The translations under genes and the position numbers were made by a program. A DNA stretch of 41,464 nucleotides, taken from positions 1 to 41,464 of the IMG/VR virus record IMGVR_UViG_3300011334_000144. One strand, 5' to 3'. Positions 17,063 through 24,939 of this stretch are shown here, piece by piece. Origin of the DNA: a virus. Its lineage: Duplodnaviria > Caudoviricetes. The notes beneath the pieces were generated by a model that was not told where the DNA came from, did not search any database, and was given only the letters and a program-made list of their open reading frames with translations. Every line of letters starts with the position of its first letter. Position 1 is the first letter of the stretch.

Positions 17063-17727
17063 TGAAGTTGCTTGACCTATTCTGCTGTGCAGGTGGAGCC
17101 TCTAAGGGCTACGCCTTAGCAGGCTTTGAGGTAACTGGACTTGATGTAAAGCATGGTAAGCGGTATCCATTCACTTACTTGCGCAGAGACTTCAATACTG
17201 TTACACTTGCTGAGCTGCAAGACTATGATGCAATCCATGCATCACCTCCTTGCCAGACTCACAGCATAACAAAGCATCTGCGTGAAGCGCAGGGTGGGAC
17301 AACATCTAAGTTAGACTTGCTTGAACCAGTACGACAACTACTGATTGAATCAGGTAAGCCGTATGTGATTGAGAATGTTAAGGGTGCACCTCTTATCAAT
17401 CCGATTCAGTTATGCGGTTCATCTTTTGGGTTGAAGGTGCGAAGGCACAGATTGTTTGAAAGCAATATCAAACTTGAAGGTAGCAAGTGTAAGCACAAAG
17501 AACAGGGCAAGCCTGTCGGTGTGTACGGTGCAATGAATGACAACCCGCAAGGGTTAGACAAAGCAACTGGTAAGTATGTTTATGGTGGCTCGACTGCTAA
17601 GACTATTGAAGAAGCACGAGAAGCGATGGGCATTGACTGGATGATTTGGGGCGAACTAGTAGAGGCTATACCTCCAGCGTACACAGAGTACATTGGGAAA
17701 CAACTGATGAAGGAGTTAAACCAATGA
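17062..17727 (+). CDS. C5 cytosine DNA methyltransferase (compact phage type)
   Basis: Motif I LDLFCCAGG, motif IV SPPCQ, motif VI ENV, motif VIII RRHR, motif X-like EAIPP. Confidence 0.85.
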   Translation: MKLLDLFCCAGGASKGYALAGFEVTGLDVKHGKRYPFTYLRRDFNTVTLAELQDYDAIHASPPCQTHSITKHLREAQGGTTSKLDLLEPVRQLLIESGKPYVIENVKGAPLINPIQLCGSSFGLKVRRHRLFESNIKLEGSKCKHKEQGKPVGVYGAMNDNPQGLDKATGKYVYGGSTAKTIEEAREAMGIDWMIWGELVEAIPPAYTEYIGKQLMKELNQ

Positions 17728-18134
17728 CAAGTAAGTCATCATTCGACTTAGACTTTGGGTACGGGCGTAAGGGTGAACAACTAGTAGATGAGTTGCTAAC
17801 TGGCGGTCGTACTGTAGAAGTAAAGCGTGACCGAAAGTGGGCTAAGACTAATAACTTATACATTGAGACTGAATGTTTCTTCAAGAAGATTGAGGACTGG
17901 GCGCCATCAGGTCTAGGTGTAACCGAAGCTGCATACTGGGCGTTTGTATTGGAAGAGAGTACATTGATTGTACCTACTGATGCATTAAGATATGCAGTCA
18001 AAGAGTTTGGTAGAGAGATTACGTGTAACATTCCACCTAATCTAAGCAAAGGTTTCTTGATTACTGTAGATGATTTAATGTCCGCAACCCGACTATACAA
18101 GAAAGCAATGGCAAATGAACTGGCAACAGATTGA
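17724..18134 (+). CDS. Putative PD-(D/E)XK-type nuclease
   Basis: GRKGE...VEVKRD...NLYIE; RBS aaggag, ATGA overlap with the methylase stop. Confidence 0.6.
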   Translation: MTSKSSFDLDFGYGRKGEQLVDELLTGGRTVEVKRDRKWAKTNNLYIETECFFKKIEDWAPSGLGVTEAAYWAFVLEESTLIVPTDALRYAVKEFGREITCNIPPNLSKGFLITVDDLMSATRLYKKAMANELATD

Positions 18135-18807
18135 ACCTTGGGAGTATGTGATTGTTGCTGTAGCCTCTGAGTACCACCGCAAGTTTGACATGGTGGAGTT
18201 AGAGGATATCAAGCAGAGTCTATACGAGTGGTTTGCTAAGCACCCTAATAAGGTTGATGAATGGGAAAAGATAGGTACTAAGGATGCAAAGAACCTAATC
18301 TATCGGAGCTTACGTAATCATGCGTTGGATTATTGCCAGAAATGGAAGGCAAAGAGTGTCGGATACGACGTGTCAGATTTATATTACTATGAGTCAGATG
18401 TTGTAGAAGCACTGCTCCCTGCTGTGTTGCGTAATGAATATGGTGTTACTCATAAGTTAAACTTGGGTAGACCAGGGCGACCAAGCGCCCCATCAGAAGG
18501 TGGAAACTTATCTGTCATGATGATGGAGATAGACTCCGCATACTGGAAGTTAAGTAAAGAGGATAGAAAAATACTCTTCTTCCGATATGCAGAGTCTATG
18601 GACTACAAAGAGATAAGCAATTACTTATCACTAGGTAGTGATGACGCAGCTCGCATGAGAGGTAACAGAGCCATCAAGCGACTGGTCAATAAGTTGGGTG
18701 GCTTTAAGCCGTACTACGATACTGATATTACGGAGACCACGGAAACAGAGCCATCAGAAGACTCGTCATACCAAGAATTAGGTACACCACAAGAGTCAGA
18801 ACAATAA
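18115..18807 (+). CDS. Sigma70/ECF-like RNA polymerase sigma factor
   Basis: Region 2-like (EDIKQ...RNHALDY) and region 4 HTH (LSKEDRKILFFRY...YKEIS..L). Confidence 0.75.
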   Translation: MNWQQIEPWEYVIVAVASEYHRKFDMVELEDIKQSLYEWFAKHPNKVDEWEKIGTKDAKNLIYRSLRNHALDYCQKWKAKSVGYDVSDLYYYESDVVEALLPAVLRNEYGVTHKLNLGRPGRPSAPSEGGNLSVMMMEIDSAYWKLSKEDRKILFFRYAESMDYKEISNYLSLGSDDAARMRGNRAIKRLVNKLGGFKPYYDTDITETTETEPSEDSSYQELGTPQESEQ

Positions 18808-18860
18808 AGAACGTTACTGATACGAGTAAGAGAGCGCGTAGCGTATCGATACTACGCCCT

Positions 18861-19079
18861 CTACTCGGCATCAGGGTCAAACTCTTTATCGAAGTCAATC
18901 TCTGAATCAATCATCTCTTGCACCATACCCTCTAAGTCCAACTCTGCTGGGTCAACATGCAATGCTTCCCCATTCACATTGTAGAACTCTTCAATCTCTT
19001 TCATGCTAGCAAACTGCAGCTCCTCAGACTGTACATCACAGGCTGTGCAACCACCGCTCTCGCATACTTCACATACCAT
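18861..19079 (-). CDS. Acidic protein with two CxxC motifs
   Basis: CEVC..GGCTAC, D/E-rich; RBS ggagg. Confidence 0.7.
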   Translation of the reverse strand: MVCEVCESGGCTACDVQSEELQFASMKEIEEFYNVNGEALHVDPAELDLEGMVQEMIDSEIDFDKEFDPDAE

Positions 19080-19082
19080 TTG

Positions 19083-19259
19083 CTATCCTCCCGTACTATA
19101 GAATCCACTGCCATTGAACTTGACAGGCGGTGCACTATACACCCTAACCATTGGCTCATTACAACTATCACAGTAAGGTATGATTTCTTCTTCAGTCATA
19201 CCTCTACTGATTGTGATAGTGCTTGAGTCAATTCCACATTTGTATTCATAACTAGCCAC
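19083..19259 (-). CDS. FmdB-family zinc ribbon protein
   Basis: YEYKC...CDSC..M.RVYS...FNGSGFYSTG; GTG start. Confidence 0.8.
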   Translation of the reverse strand: MASYEYKCGIDSSTITISRGMTEEEIIPYCDSCNEPMVRVYSAPPVKFNGSGFYSTGG

Positions 19260-19683
19260 GTTGCCATTCGCTCCCGTCTGTTGTGTATGTACCACTGCAA
19301 CTTCTGCATGTGTAGGTATTGTTAGCCCAAGTATAGTTAGGCCTACATGGGTGGCCCGCTAACATCTCCCATGCATTAATCGTAAGTAGTTGAGGTGAGC
19401 GTAAAATCATACTGGCTGGTGTCATAATTATTACTGCCGACTGAATCCAACTACCAACATTAGGGAAGATTACAGAGTGTTCTGTAACTCCATTGTTAGT
19501 TTGAGACCTGTATGCTATCTCATTAACAGGTGGCATTGGTCTTGTTGGCACACCAAACATGTGCTGTGCAGATACACGAACACCTCGTGCACGCTGGAAT
19601 AGTGGTGAATCAAAGTCTAACAACCCACGCATTTCCATTTCACGCTCACGTTTTTTTACTACTTGATGCAAGAACTCAGCCAT
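19252..19683 (-). CDS. Hypothetical protein
   Basis: RBS gaggagg; overlaps both neighbours; C-terminal CxxC. Confidence 0.6.
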   Translation of the reverse strand: MAEFLHQVVKKREREMEMRGLLDFDSPLFQRARGVRVSAQHMFGVPTRPMPPVNEIAYRSQTNNGVTEHSVIFPNVGSWIQSAVIIMTPASMILRSPQLLTINAWEMLAGHPCRPNYTWANNTYTCRSCSGTYTTDGSEWQRG

Positions 19684-19900
19684 CTGTTACCTCCTCGCTT
19701 GGGCTGGGAGCTGTTGCTAGTGTACCACATACAACGCACTCCATTGTTTCTGTAAAATACATTCCAATCTCACCATCATCATCAAACATAACCTTGACTA
19801 ACCACAACTGCGAGCCACAAGGACATACTGTGGTTGGCTCACCACGAATGTCCATGGACTCTGAATAGTCATGACTAATACTATCTATGTGTTCACTCAT
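19676..19900 (-). CDS. Small Zn-ribbon protein
   Basis: CPCG...CVVCG motifs. Confidence 0.7.
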   Translation of the reverse strand: MSEHIDSISHDYSESMDIRGEPTTVCPCGSQLWLVKVMFDDDGEIGMYFTETMECVVCGTLATAPSPSEEVTDG

Positions 19901-20292
19901 TAGTAGTTACCATTCCTTTTCCAATGTGACCATGCATCGCATGGTGTGCCGTACCTGTAGTAAATGTAGTCCAACCCACGCTCTATCTGTCGTGGTGCTG
20001 GTGTATCAGGGTCAAGTCCCAACAGTTGTGGAATCCCACCCGCGTGCTTCCCCATTACACGGATAGGATTAAAGGCGTCAGGATTCCATGCGGATTCCTT
20101 ACCCCACAATCTGTTGAGACAAGACCACTGATTATCTTGCCACTCGCTGAGTTTATCTCTAGCGTATGCCTTGCTATCTGCAACACTCCAAGTAACGCGC
20201 ACGCCTTTGTCTGTTGTGTCCGTGGCTGTCTTTGAGTTGTCGGTTACTAGCAAAGCTGCTATAACAAGCAGCAAGAATGTTATTGATTTCAT
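19900..20292 (-). CDS. Secreted or membrane-anchored lytic transglycosylase-like (lysozyme fold) protein
   Basis: N-terminal signal/TM helix; CL..LW.KES.WN, GIPQ, QI..GL.YI..RYG.PC.AW motifs. Confidence 0.8.
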   Translation of the reverse strand: MKSITFLLLVIAALLVTDNSKTATDTTDKGVRVTWSVADSKAYARDKLSEWQDNQWSCLNRLWGKESAWNPDAFNPIRVMGKHAGGIPQLLGLDPDTPAPRQIERGLDYIYYRYGTPCDAWSHWKRNGNY

Positions 20293-20618
20293 TGAATGGT
20301 TGCCCTTACTCTGTGTGCGAAGTTAATCATTTGCCTGCGATTATTCCATGTTAATGAAACATCTGCAAGTATGAGACGCTCACCTGGTAAAGTGCCACCC
20401 CAAATTCCATTATCTAAGTTCTCTCTTTTCATGCCCTCATCAAAGCATTCAGCCTTACTAGGGCAGGCATTACAGATACTAAGCGCAGTCTGTACATTAG
20501 CGATGCGCTGTCTGTACTCTGGGCTATTCTCATTGACATAGCCACTCGCACCATCACTATCAATTGACTCGCTGAACCATAGGTCAGGGTTCTCATGACC
20601 TGTACATAGACCTTGCAT
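20289..20618 (-). CDS. whiB: WhiB-family Fe-S transcription factor
   Basis: C..PDLWF...CNACP...C...GIWGG...ER: four Cys plus the G[IV]WGG turn. Confidence 0.92.
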   Translation of the reverse strand: MQGLCTGHENPDLWFSESIDSDGASGYVNENSPEYRQRIANVQTALSICNACPSKAECFDEGMKRENLDNGIWGGTLPGERLILADVSLTWNNRRQMINFAHRVRATIQ

Positions 20619-20626
20619 TGTATCCC

Positions 20627-20725
20627 CTATCTCTCTAGTGCTTCCTCTAGCATCTCGTCAAACTCTTCCTCAATAACTTCATCGTCCTCGAAGTCAGGGT
20701 CATTGAGTGGTGGTTCATAACTCAT
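20627..20725 (-). CDS. 32-aa highly acidic peptide (not in ORF track)
   Basis: MSYEPPLNDPDFEDDEVIEEEFDEMLEEALER*; RBS aaagga. Confidence 0.65.
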   Translation of the reverse strand: MSYEPPLNDPDFEDDEVIEEEFDEMLEEALER

Positions 20726-20867
20726 GTTTGTATTCCTTTCCTACTTCATACTCACCACAGATAGCCTCGACCGCCATGTCTAGGTCTCTGCGTATGCGTA
20801 CCTTGTCGTCGTCAGTTAGATGAGCGATTAACTCATCAGTTAATTCAGCTTTCCATAGTGTACTCAT
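20715..20867 (-). CDS. Hypothetical 50-aa protein (not in ORF track)
   Basis: MSTLWKAELTDELIAHL...; RBS gagagga. Confidence 0.65.
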   Translation of the reverse strand: MSTLWKAELTDELIAHLTDDDKVRIRRDLDMAVEAICGEYEVGKEYKHEL

Positions 20868-20894
20868 AGTGTATCCTCTCTGTAAAGTTTAAGG

Positions 20895-20922
20895 TGAGCA
20901 GTTTAGTGTCGTACTCAGGACA
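20895..20922 (-). ncRNA. Compact H-type RNA pseudoknot in an intergenic spacer
   Basis: Minus strand UGUC-C-UGAGUA-C-GACA-CUAAAC-UGCUCA: S1 4 bp, S2 6 bp. Confidence 0.5.
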
Positions 20923-20935
20923 GGTGGCGAAGTTG

Positions 20936-21205
20936 TTACGCTTCGAACACCACATCTACGAACCCGTCTAGGCGTTCGTGCTTAGTGACAAGACCCTTCT
21001 TGCCAGTAAGATGCTTGTATGTGCCGTCGCCTAGCGAGACCCATAATGACTTAGGCTTAAAGCGGTTCTGCACTTCTTTAGCCTTGACGATAGTGCCCTT
21101 AGGCGTGTGACCTGATGAAGTTGCGGACTCAATGTTCGCCTCTAATTCATCAGCGATGATACGGATTTCCTCAACTAAGTTGAAGAGATTTGTGGTTGTG
21201 GACAT
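20936..21205 (-). CDS. Hypothetical protein
   Basis: RBS gagagg; 89 aa. Confidence 0.7.
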   Translation of the reverse strand: MSTTTNLFNLVEEIRIIADELEANIESATSSGHTPKGTIVKAKEVQNRFKPKSLWVSLGDGTYKHLTGKKGLVTKHERLDGFVDVVFEA

Positions 21206-21256
21206 TTGTTACCTCTCGTGTTGGTGTTACTCTGTATACACTTTGCATACAGAATT

Positions 21257-22102
21257 CTAGTATGGGAACAAGTCGTAGTCTTTACGGCTTGTCCATTTGC
21301 TTGTGCTTGGAGTGTAGCACATACAACTATGCACTACATCTGAGCAGTCGAAACATAGCGTACATGTTGGGCAGTAGTACGGGTTCTCATTGAGGTCTAC
21401 TATCTCCATGCAGTACGGACATAACTCGTTGAGTGCCTCGTCGTAAATCGAAAGCGAAGCCTCATACTCATCTAGTAGTTTATTGTAGACATCTTCTTGG
21501 TGTGTGGTAGTAACCAGCGGTGCTGGTTTGGCGTAGGTTGTACGCTTGTGACTCTGATTAGACCACCAAATACCTTCGTTATCCCATGTGCCTAGGTTCT
21601 CATTGACTAGGTACATAGGGTACTTGGCAGTCGGACTGGTCGTGAGTACTGCAATCTTGCTACCACTAGCCCACTTAGAAATCATGAGCCAGATAGTATC
21701 ATCATCTAGTGCAGCTACACCACCTAGTTTAGGTAGGGTGTCCTCTGCAAATACGCGTGTGTCTGAGCGTCTATCACCATGCGGGATAGCAACATCTAAC
21801 ACACCATTGTGTGCTAGGTATGTACCTTCATCATCACCGACTTGGAAGGGGTGACAATTCTGCTCGTTCTTGACACCATGTGTGGCGTATCGTGCGTGCC
21901 ACATGGCATAGCCGTCAGGATACTGCGCTCGCAGCTCCATGAAACGCTTGATAGATTTCTTAGCAGACATACTGCGCTCGGAAATAATCCTATCGCCAGC
22001 ATGAATAGCGAAGCCGAAGCCATGCGGGTTAGCGCATGCACCAGCGTGCAAATCTGATTTACTTGGTGTGGAGTTAGGCTCACACACTACGAGTATGCAC
22101 AT
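21257..22102 (-). CDS. Class II glutamine amidotransferase (Ntn) with Cys-rich tail
   Basis: N-terminal MC, NPHGFG, HARYATHG, NCHPF, AHNG and SDT motifs. Confidence 0.9.
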   Translation of the reverse strand: MCILVVCEPNSTPSKSDLHAGACANPHGFGFAIHAGDRIISERSMSAKKSIKRFMELRAQYPDGYAMWHARYATHGVKNEQNCHPFQVGDDEGTYLAHNGVLDVAIPHGDRRSDTRVFAEDTLPKLGGVAALDDDTIWLMISKWASGSKIAVLTTSPTAKYPMYLVNENLGTWDNEGIWWSNQSHKRTTYAKPAPLVTTTHQEDVYNKLLDEYEASLSIYDEALNELCPYCMEIVDLNENPYYCPTCTLCFDCSDVVHSCMCYTPSTSKWTSRKDYDLFPY

Positions 22103-22112
22103 AGTATCCTCT

Positions 22113-23423
22113 CTATGCTTCTTGTAGTTGTCGGTTGGTAATACTTACGCTTGCAATCTTAGGTAAGCGTGAGTATAGGTCAGGGTACAGTCCGTTGTTA
22201 TCTCTGACATAATCAGCGAACCAATCCCATGTGAGTGCGCCTAGTTTAACATCATCAAGGCGTAACTCTCTCGTGTATTCGACTACTGCTTGTGTTAGGT
22301 CAAGCGCGGATAACACCCCGCTAGGGTTCATAGTACCCCTAAAGAAGCGCAGCTCCAGCGTATCCCTATTCTGTGTATTGACTGCGGAGTATCTCTCCGT
22401 AGAGTTGCGTTGTGGATTTCCTACCTTGTGCTTGAAGGACATGACTGGCTTGTCATACTCATCAAACTTATACACATCATTGAAGCGTGCGAAGTCGGTC
22501 TTACGACCCGCAAACTTCATCATCATCTCACTATTGTGATAGATGAAAGCGATAAAGCGGTGCATGTGTGCGCCACTACTGAACCCTGCACGACTGACAT
22601 GTATGTGCAATCCGCAAGTGTTGGTATCCCACGACCTAGCCTTGTGGCTAGTGCGTAGTGTATCTATGGTATTCCATAGTAATGCAGAGTTATCTCTGTA
22701 CTCTGTGTGCGTGTGAGGTTGAGTGACTAACTCGAACCCTGAGTATCCGTCTCGACCTATACTAGCGTCAGATTTAAGGATAGCGATAGGCAATAGTGCA
22801 TTACTGGCAAACCTTGCAGCTTCCTGTAAGTCGTCACTACTACCTCTAATTTCCATCTCTAACTCGAAGCCCATGTACACACCCTTGCGAGAGTGACCCT
22901 TGAACTCTAAGTTAGGCTTGCATGAGTAATTGTGGATAAATCCACGACACCCGCAAGGTTGGCGTGCGCTTCCGCTTATGCCGTCACACTCGCAGTCGTT
23001 GCCGTTCATGCGGTACTCGTCGCAGTCGTCACAGTAGTAACACTCTGACTCGTAGCATGACTCGCAGTAAGTGCTTTCCTCTACATAGTAGTTAGACCAG
23101 TAATCAGGATAGGACTCGCTGCAACTTTCGCAGTAGAAAGTGTTATTCTCATAACATGGGGTGCACCAAATGTCACGACCGACTCTGTGTGTGTCGTCTG
23201 TGTGTGTAACATCTGAGCAGTTATCGCAACGAGTAGCACAATCTGAGCAATAGATACTATCGTCATTAGTTAGTGCGTCATCATTGGGCATTAGCGTAGA
23301 GCATGACTCGCAATAGAGTGTGCAATCGGCACACACTATGTCGCCGTCAGGCATTGTGCGCTGGTCGTCAGCATCAAGCACAGTATGACAAAAGCTGCAC
23401 TCAATGTCTTGTTCATCAGACAT
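22113..23423 (-). CDS. COOH-NH2 ligase (Amidoligase_2-like) with N-terminal multi-CxxC region
   Basis: GFELEME, KSDASI, GFELVT.P, CGLHIHV, RYSAVN and TLELRFFRGT motifs. Confidence 0.88.
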   Translation of the reverse strand: MSDEQDIECSFCHTVLDADDQRTMPDGDIVCADCTLYCESCSTLMPNDDALTNDDSIYCSDCATRCDNCSDVTHTDDTHRVGRDIWCTPCYENNTFYCESCSESYPDYWSNYYVEESTYCESCYESECYYCDDCDEYRMNGNDCECDGISGSARQPCGCRGFIHNYSCKPNLEFKGHSRKGVYMGFELEMEIRGSSDDLQEAARFASNALLPIAILKSDASIGRDGYSGFELVTQPHTHTEYRDNSALLWNTIDTLRTSHKARSWDTNTCGLHIHVSRAGFSSGAHMHRFIAFIYHNSEMMMKFAGRKTDFARFNDVYKFDEYDKPVMSFKHKVGNPQRNSTERYSAVNTQNRDTLELRFFRGTMNPSGVLSALDLTQAVVEYTRELRLDDVKLGALTWDWFADYVRDNNGLYPDLYSRLPKIASVSITNRQLQEA

Positions 23424-23437
23424 AGGCTTACCTATCT

Positions 23438-23629
23438 CTATACACTAACGGGCTTTCCGTTGGTGTGGTTATCTATAATAGCATTAGCAATCTTAGAGCG
23501 CAATTCCTCAGTCTCTATCACTAGAGCCTTGAAATCGTTGCGCTTGTGTGTGTCCTGTGCTTGGCGTAGTGCCATGCGTATTACCTCAACCTCACGCGGA
23601 GTGAGGTCTAGTAGTAGATTATCGGACAT
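23438..23629 (-). CDS. Hypothetical protein
   Basis: 63 aa, helical, in the early operon. Confidence 0.65.
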   Translation of the reverse strand: MSDNLLLDLTPREVEVIRMALRQAQDTHKRNDFKALVIETEELRSKIANAIIDNHTNGKPVSV

Positions 23630-23744
23630 GACTACCTATAATCTCTCGGACTGTGTGCGAGATTTCCTCGTTGGCATGGCGGTTTGCCATAGCCTTGCGA
23701 AATGCGTCCAGCATTACTGGATTGAGTTTGTTATCGTGCGTCAT
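23619..23744 (-). CDS. Hypothetical 41-aa protein (not in ORF track)
   Basis: MTHDNKLNPVMLDAFRKAM...; fills the gap and overlaps both neighbours. Confidence 0.5.
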   Translation of the reverse strand: MTHDNKLNPVMLDAFRKAMANRHANEEISHTVREIIGSHVR

Positions 23745-23871
23745 AGTAGCCCTCGTATCTGCGCAGTCTGCGCTCTAATACATAGACCCTGCGAAACGCA
23801 AGTATCAGTACCAAATTAACGGACAGTAAAGCAATCATGACTGCGAATAAATCGCTGGCAGAAAGCTGCAT
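23731..23871 (-). CDS. Small single-TM protein, 46 aa
   Basis: RBS ggag; MQLSASDLFAVMIALLSVNLVLILAFRR... Confidence 0.65.
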   Translation of the reverse strand: MQLSASDLFAVMIALLSVNLVLILAFRRVYVLERRLRRYEGYYDAR

Positions 23872-23894
23872 GTCAGTCTCCAATCTAGTCGGTT

Positions 23895-23958
23895 CATGCG
23901 GTATTGCATGAGTGCCACGCTGGGTCATGAACCCTCGTAGCCTATCGCTAGGCGTGGC
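23895..23958 (-). ncRNA. tRNA-like three-way-junction element plus downstream hairpin
   Basis: GCCACGC/GCGUGGC 7-bp stem, GCGA tetraloop hairpin, GGG-UUCAUGA-CCC T-arm-like hairpin. Confidence 0.5.
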
Positions 23959-23964
23959 TAAGTC

Positions 23965-24267
23965 TTAATTGTCGTCTAGGTGTATCGAACCCATTTCGCG
24001 CATAAGTTTCTGCATGCGCTCTTGCAATTCAATAGCCTTGTGGTCTTGCGGTCTTACGGCATGCGCTTGCTTGTGCTTGCGCTTGGCTTGTGGCTTGTGT
24101 GGCTTACCCTTGCGAGCGCGTGGCTTGCGAGGTTTGGCGGGCATGGCGGGAATTGTGAAAGTCTCGCCATTAGGTTTGGTCACTATGACCTCACTAACGC
24201 CATGCTTGGATTGAACCCAAGCGCGTGTAACGCGTGGCTTGTGTGGTGTCGTGGTAATTGAACCCAT
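23965..24267 (-). CDS. Basic early protein (first gene of the leftward operon)
   Basis: RBS ggag; K/R/P-rich centre. Confidence 0.7.
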   Translation of the reverse strand: MGSITTTPHKPRVTRAWVQSKHGVSEVIVTKPNGETFTIPAMPAKPRKPRARKGKPHKPQAKRKHKQAHAVRPQDHKAIELQERMQKLMREMGSIHLDDN

Positions 24268-24589
24268 GATTTATCTCCATTTCTAGTCGGTTTGGTATTG
24301 CGTGGATAGGCGCGAGTTTCCCCACGCCTACCCGCGAACCCTTGTTGAACCCTACATAGGCTCAACTCGGTTTCGATTTATTTCAATTTATCGACTAGCG
24401 AAACTAATGCCTCTCGTTCGTCATTCTCGCGGAAATCGGGTATCCTCAATCCGAGAGAAATTGCAGACTAATAAAGTCTTAATTTCTAGGGTACGACTGC
24501 CTTTCACGATTTAGTGAAACTAGGTACTAATCGGATACCCGACTTTCCACTAACTAAATCGGTGACGCTTGTTCACCCTTACAAAGAGA

Positions 24590-24618
24590 AATTTACACGA
24601 GAGGTAGCTGCAACTCAA
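24590..24618 (-). promoter_or_regulatory. Candidate leftward early promoter
   Basis: Minus strand TTGAGT-17 nt-TAAATT. Confidence 0.4.
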
Positions 24619-24649
24619 ATCAAAATGAGCGTGTCGGGAAAAAAAGTTT

Positions 24650-24665
24650 TGTGATACCCGTCACA
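24650..24665. promoter_or_regulatory. CRP-family box 1
   Basis: TGTGAtacccgTCACAttt. Confidence 0.7.
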
Positions 24666-24813
24666 TTTATCCTGAGAATTTCCTGAGATTTCCCACTTTC
24701 CCGCGTGTCGGTTTGACTTATGCAGCTCGTGATGGTACGCGCCTAGAAATTAGGGCAATTCGGACATGGCACGCACCTACCATGAACCGACTCAAAACAC
24801 CATGATTTCCCCC

Positions 24814-24829
24814 TGTGATACTCGTCACA
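24814..24829. promoter_or_regulatory. CRP-family box 2
   Basis: TGTGAtactcgTCACA. Confidence 0.7.
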
Positions 24830-24923
24830 CTTTCCAGCTCGGTTTGCACAATAAAGAGGTATAGAAATCAACCCGCTATTCCTGAGAGTTTGCTGAGAGA
24901 TTACTGAGAGAGCCTAGTCCTAG

Positions 24924-24939
24924 TGTGAGTTGGGTCACA
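24924..24939. promoter_or_regulatory. CRP-family box 3
   Basis: TGTGAgttgggTCACA. Confidence 0.7.

Noticed and set aside
23911-23958. Canonical tRNA gene
   Set aside because: Too short, with no anticodon arm and no CCA. Kept only as a tRNA-like element.
24713-24741. Rightward promoter with a TTGACT -35
   Set aside because: The hexamer at 17-nt spacing is TACGCG, which lacks the conserved final T. Too weak to call.
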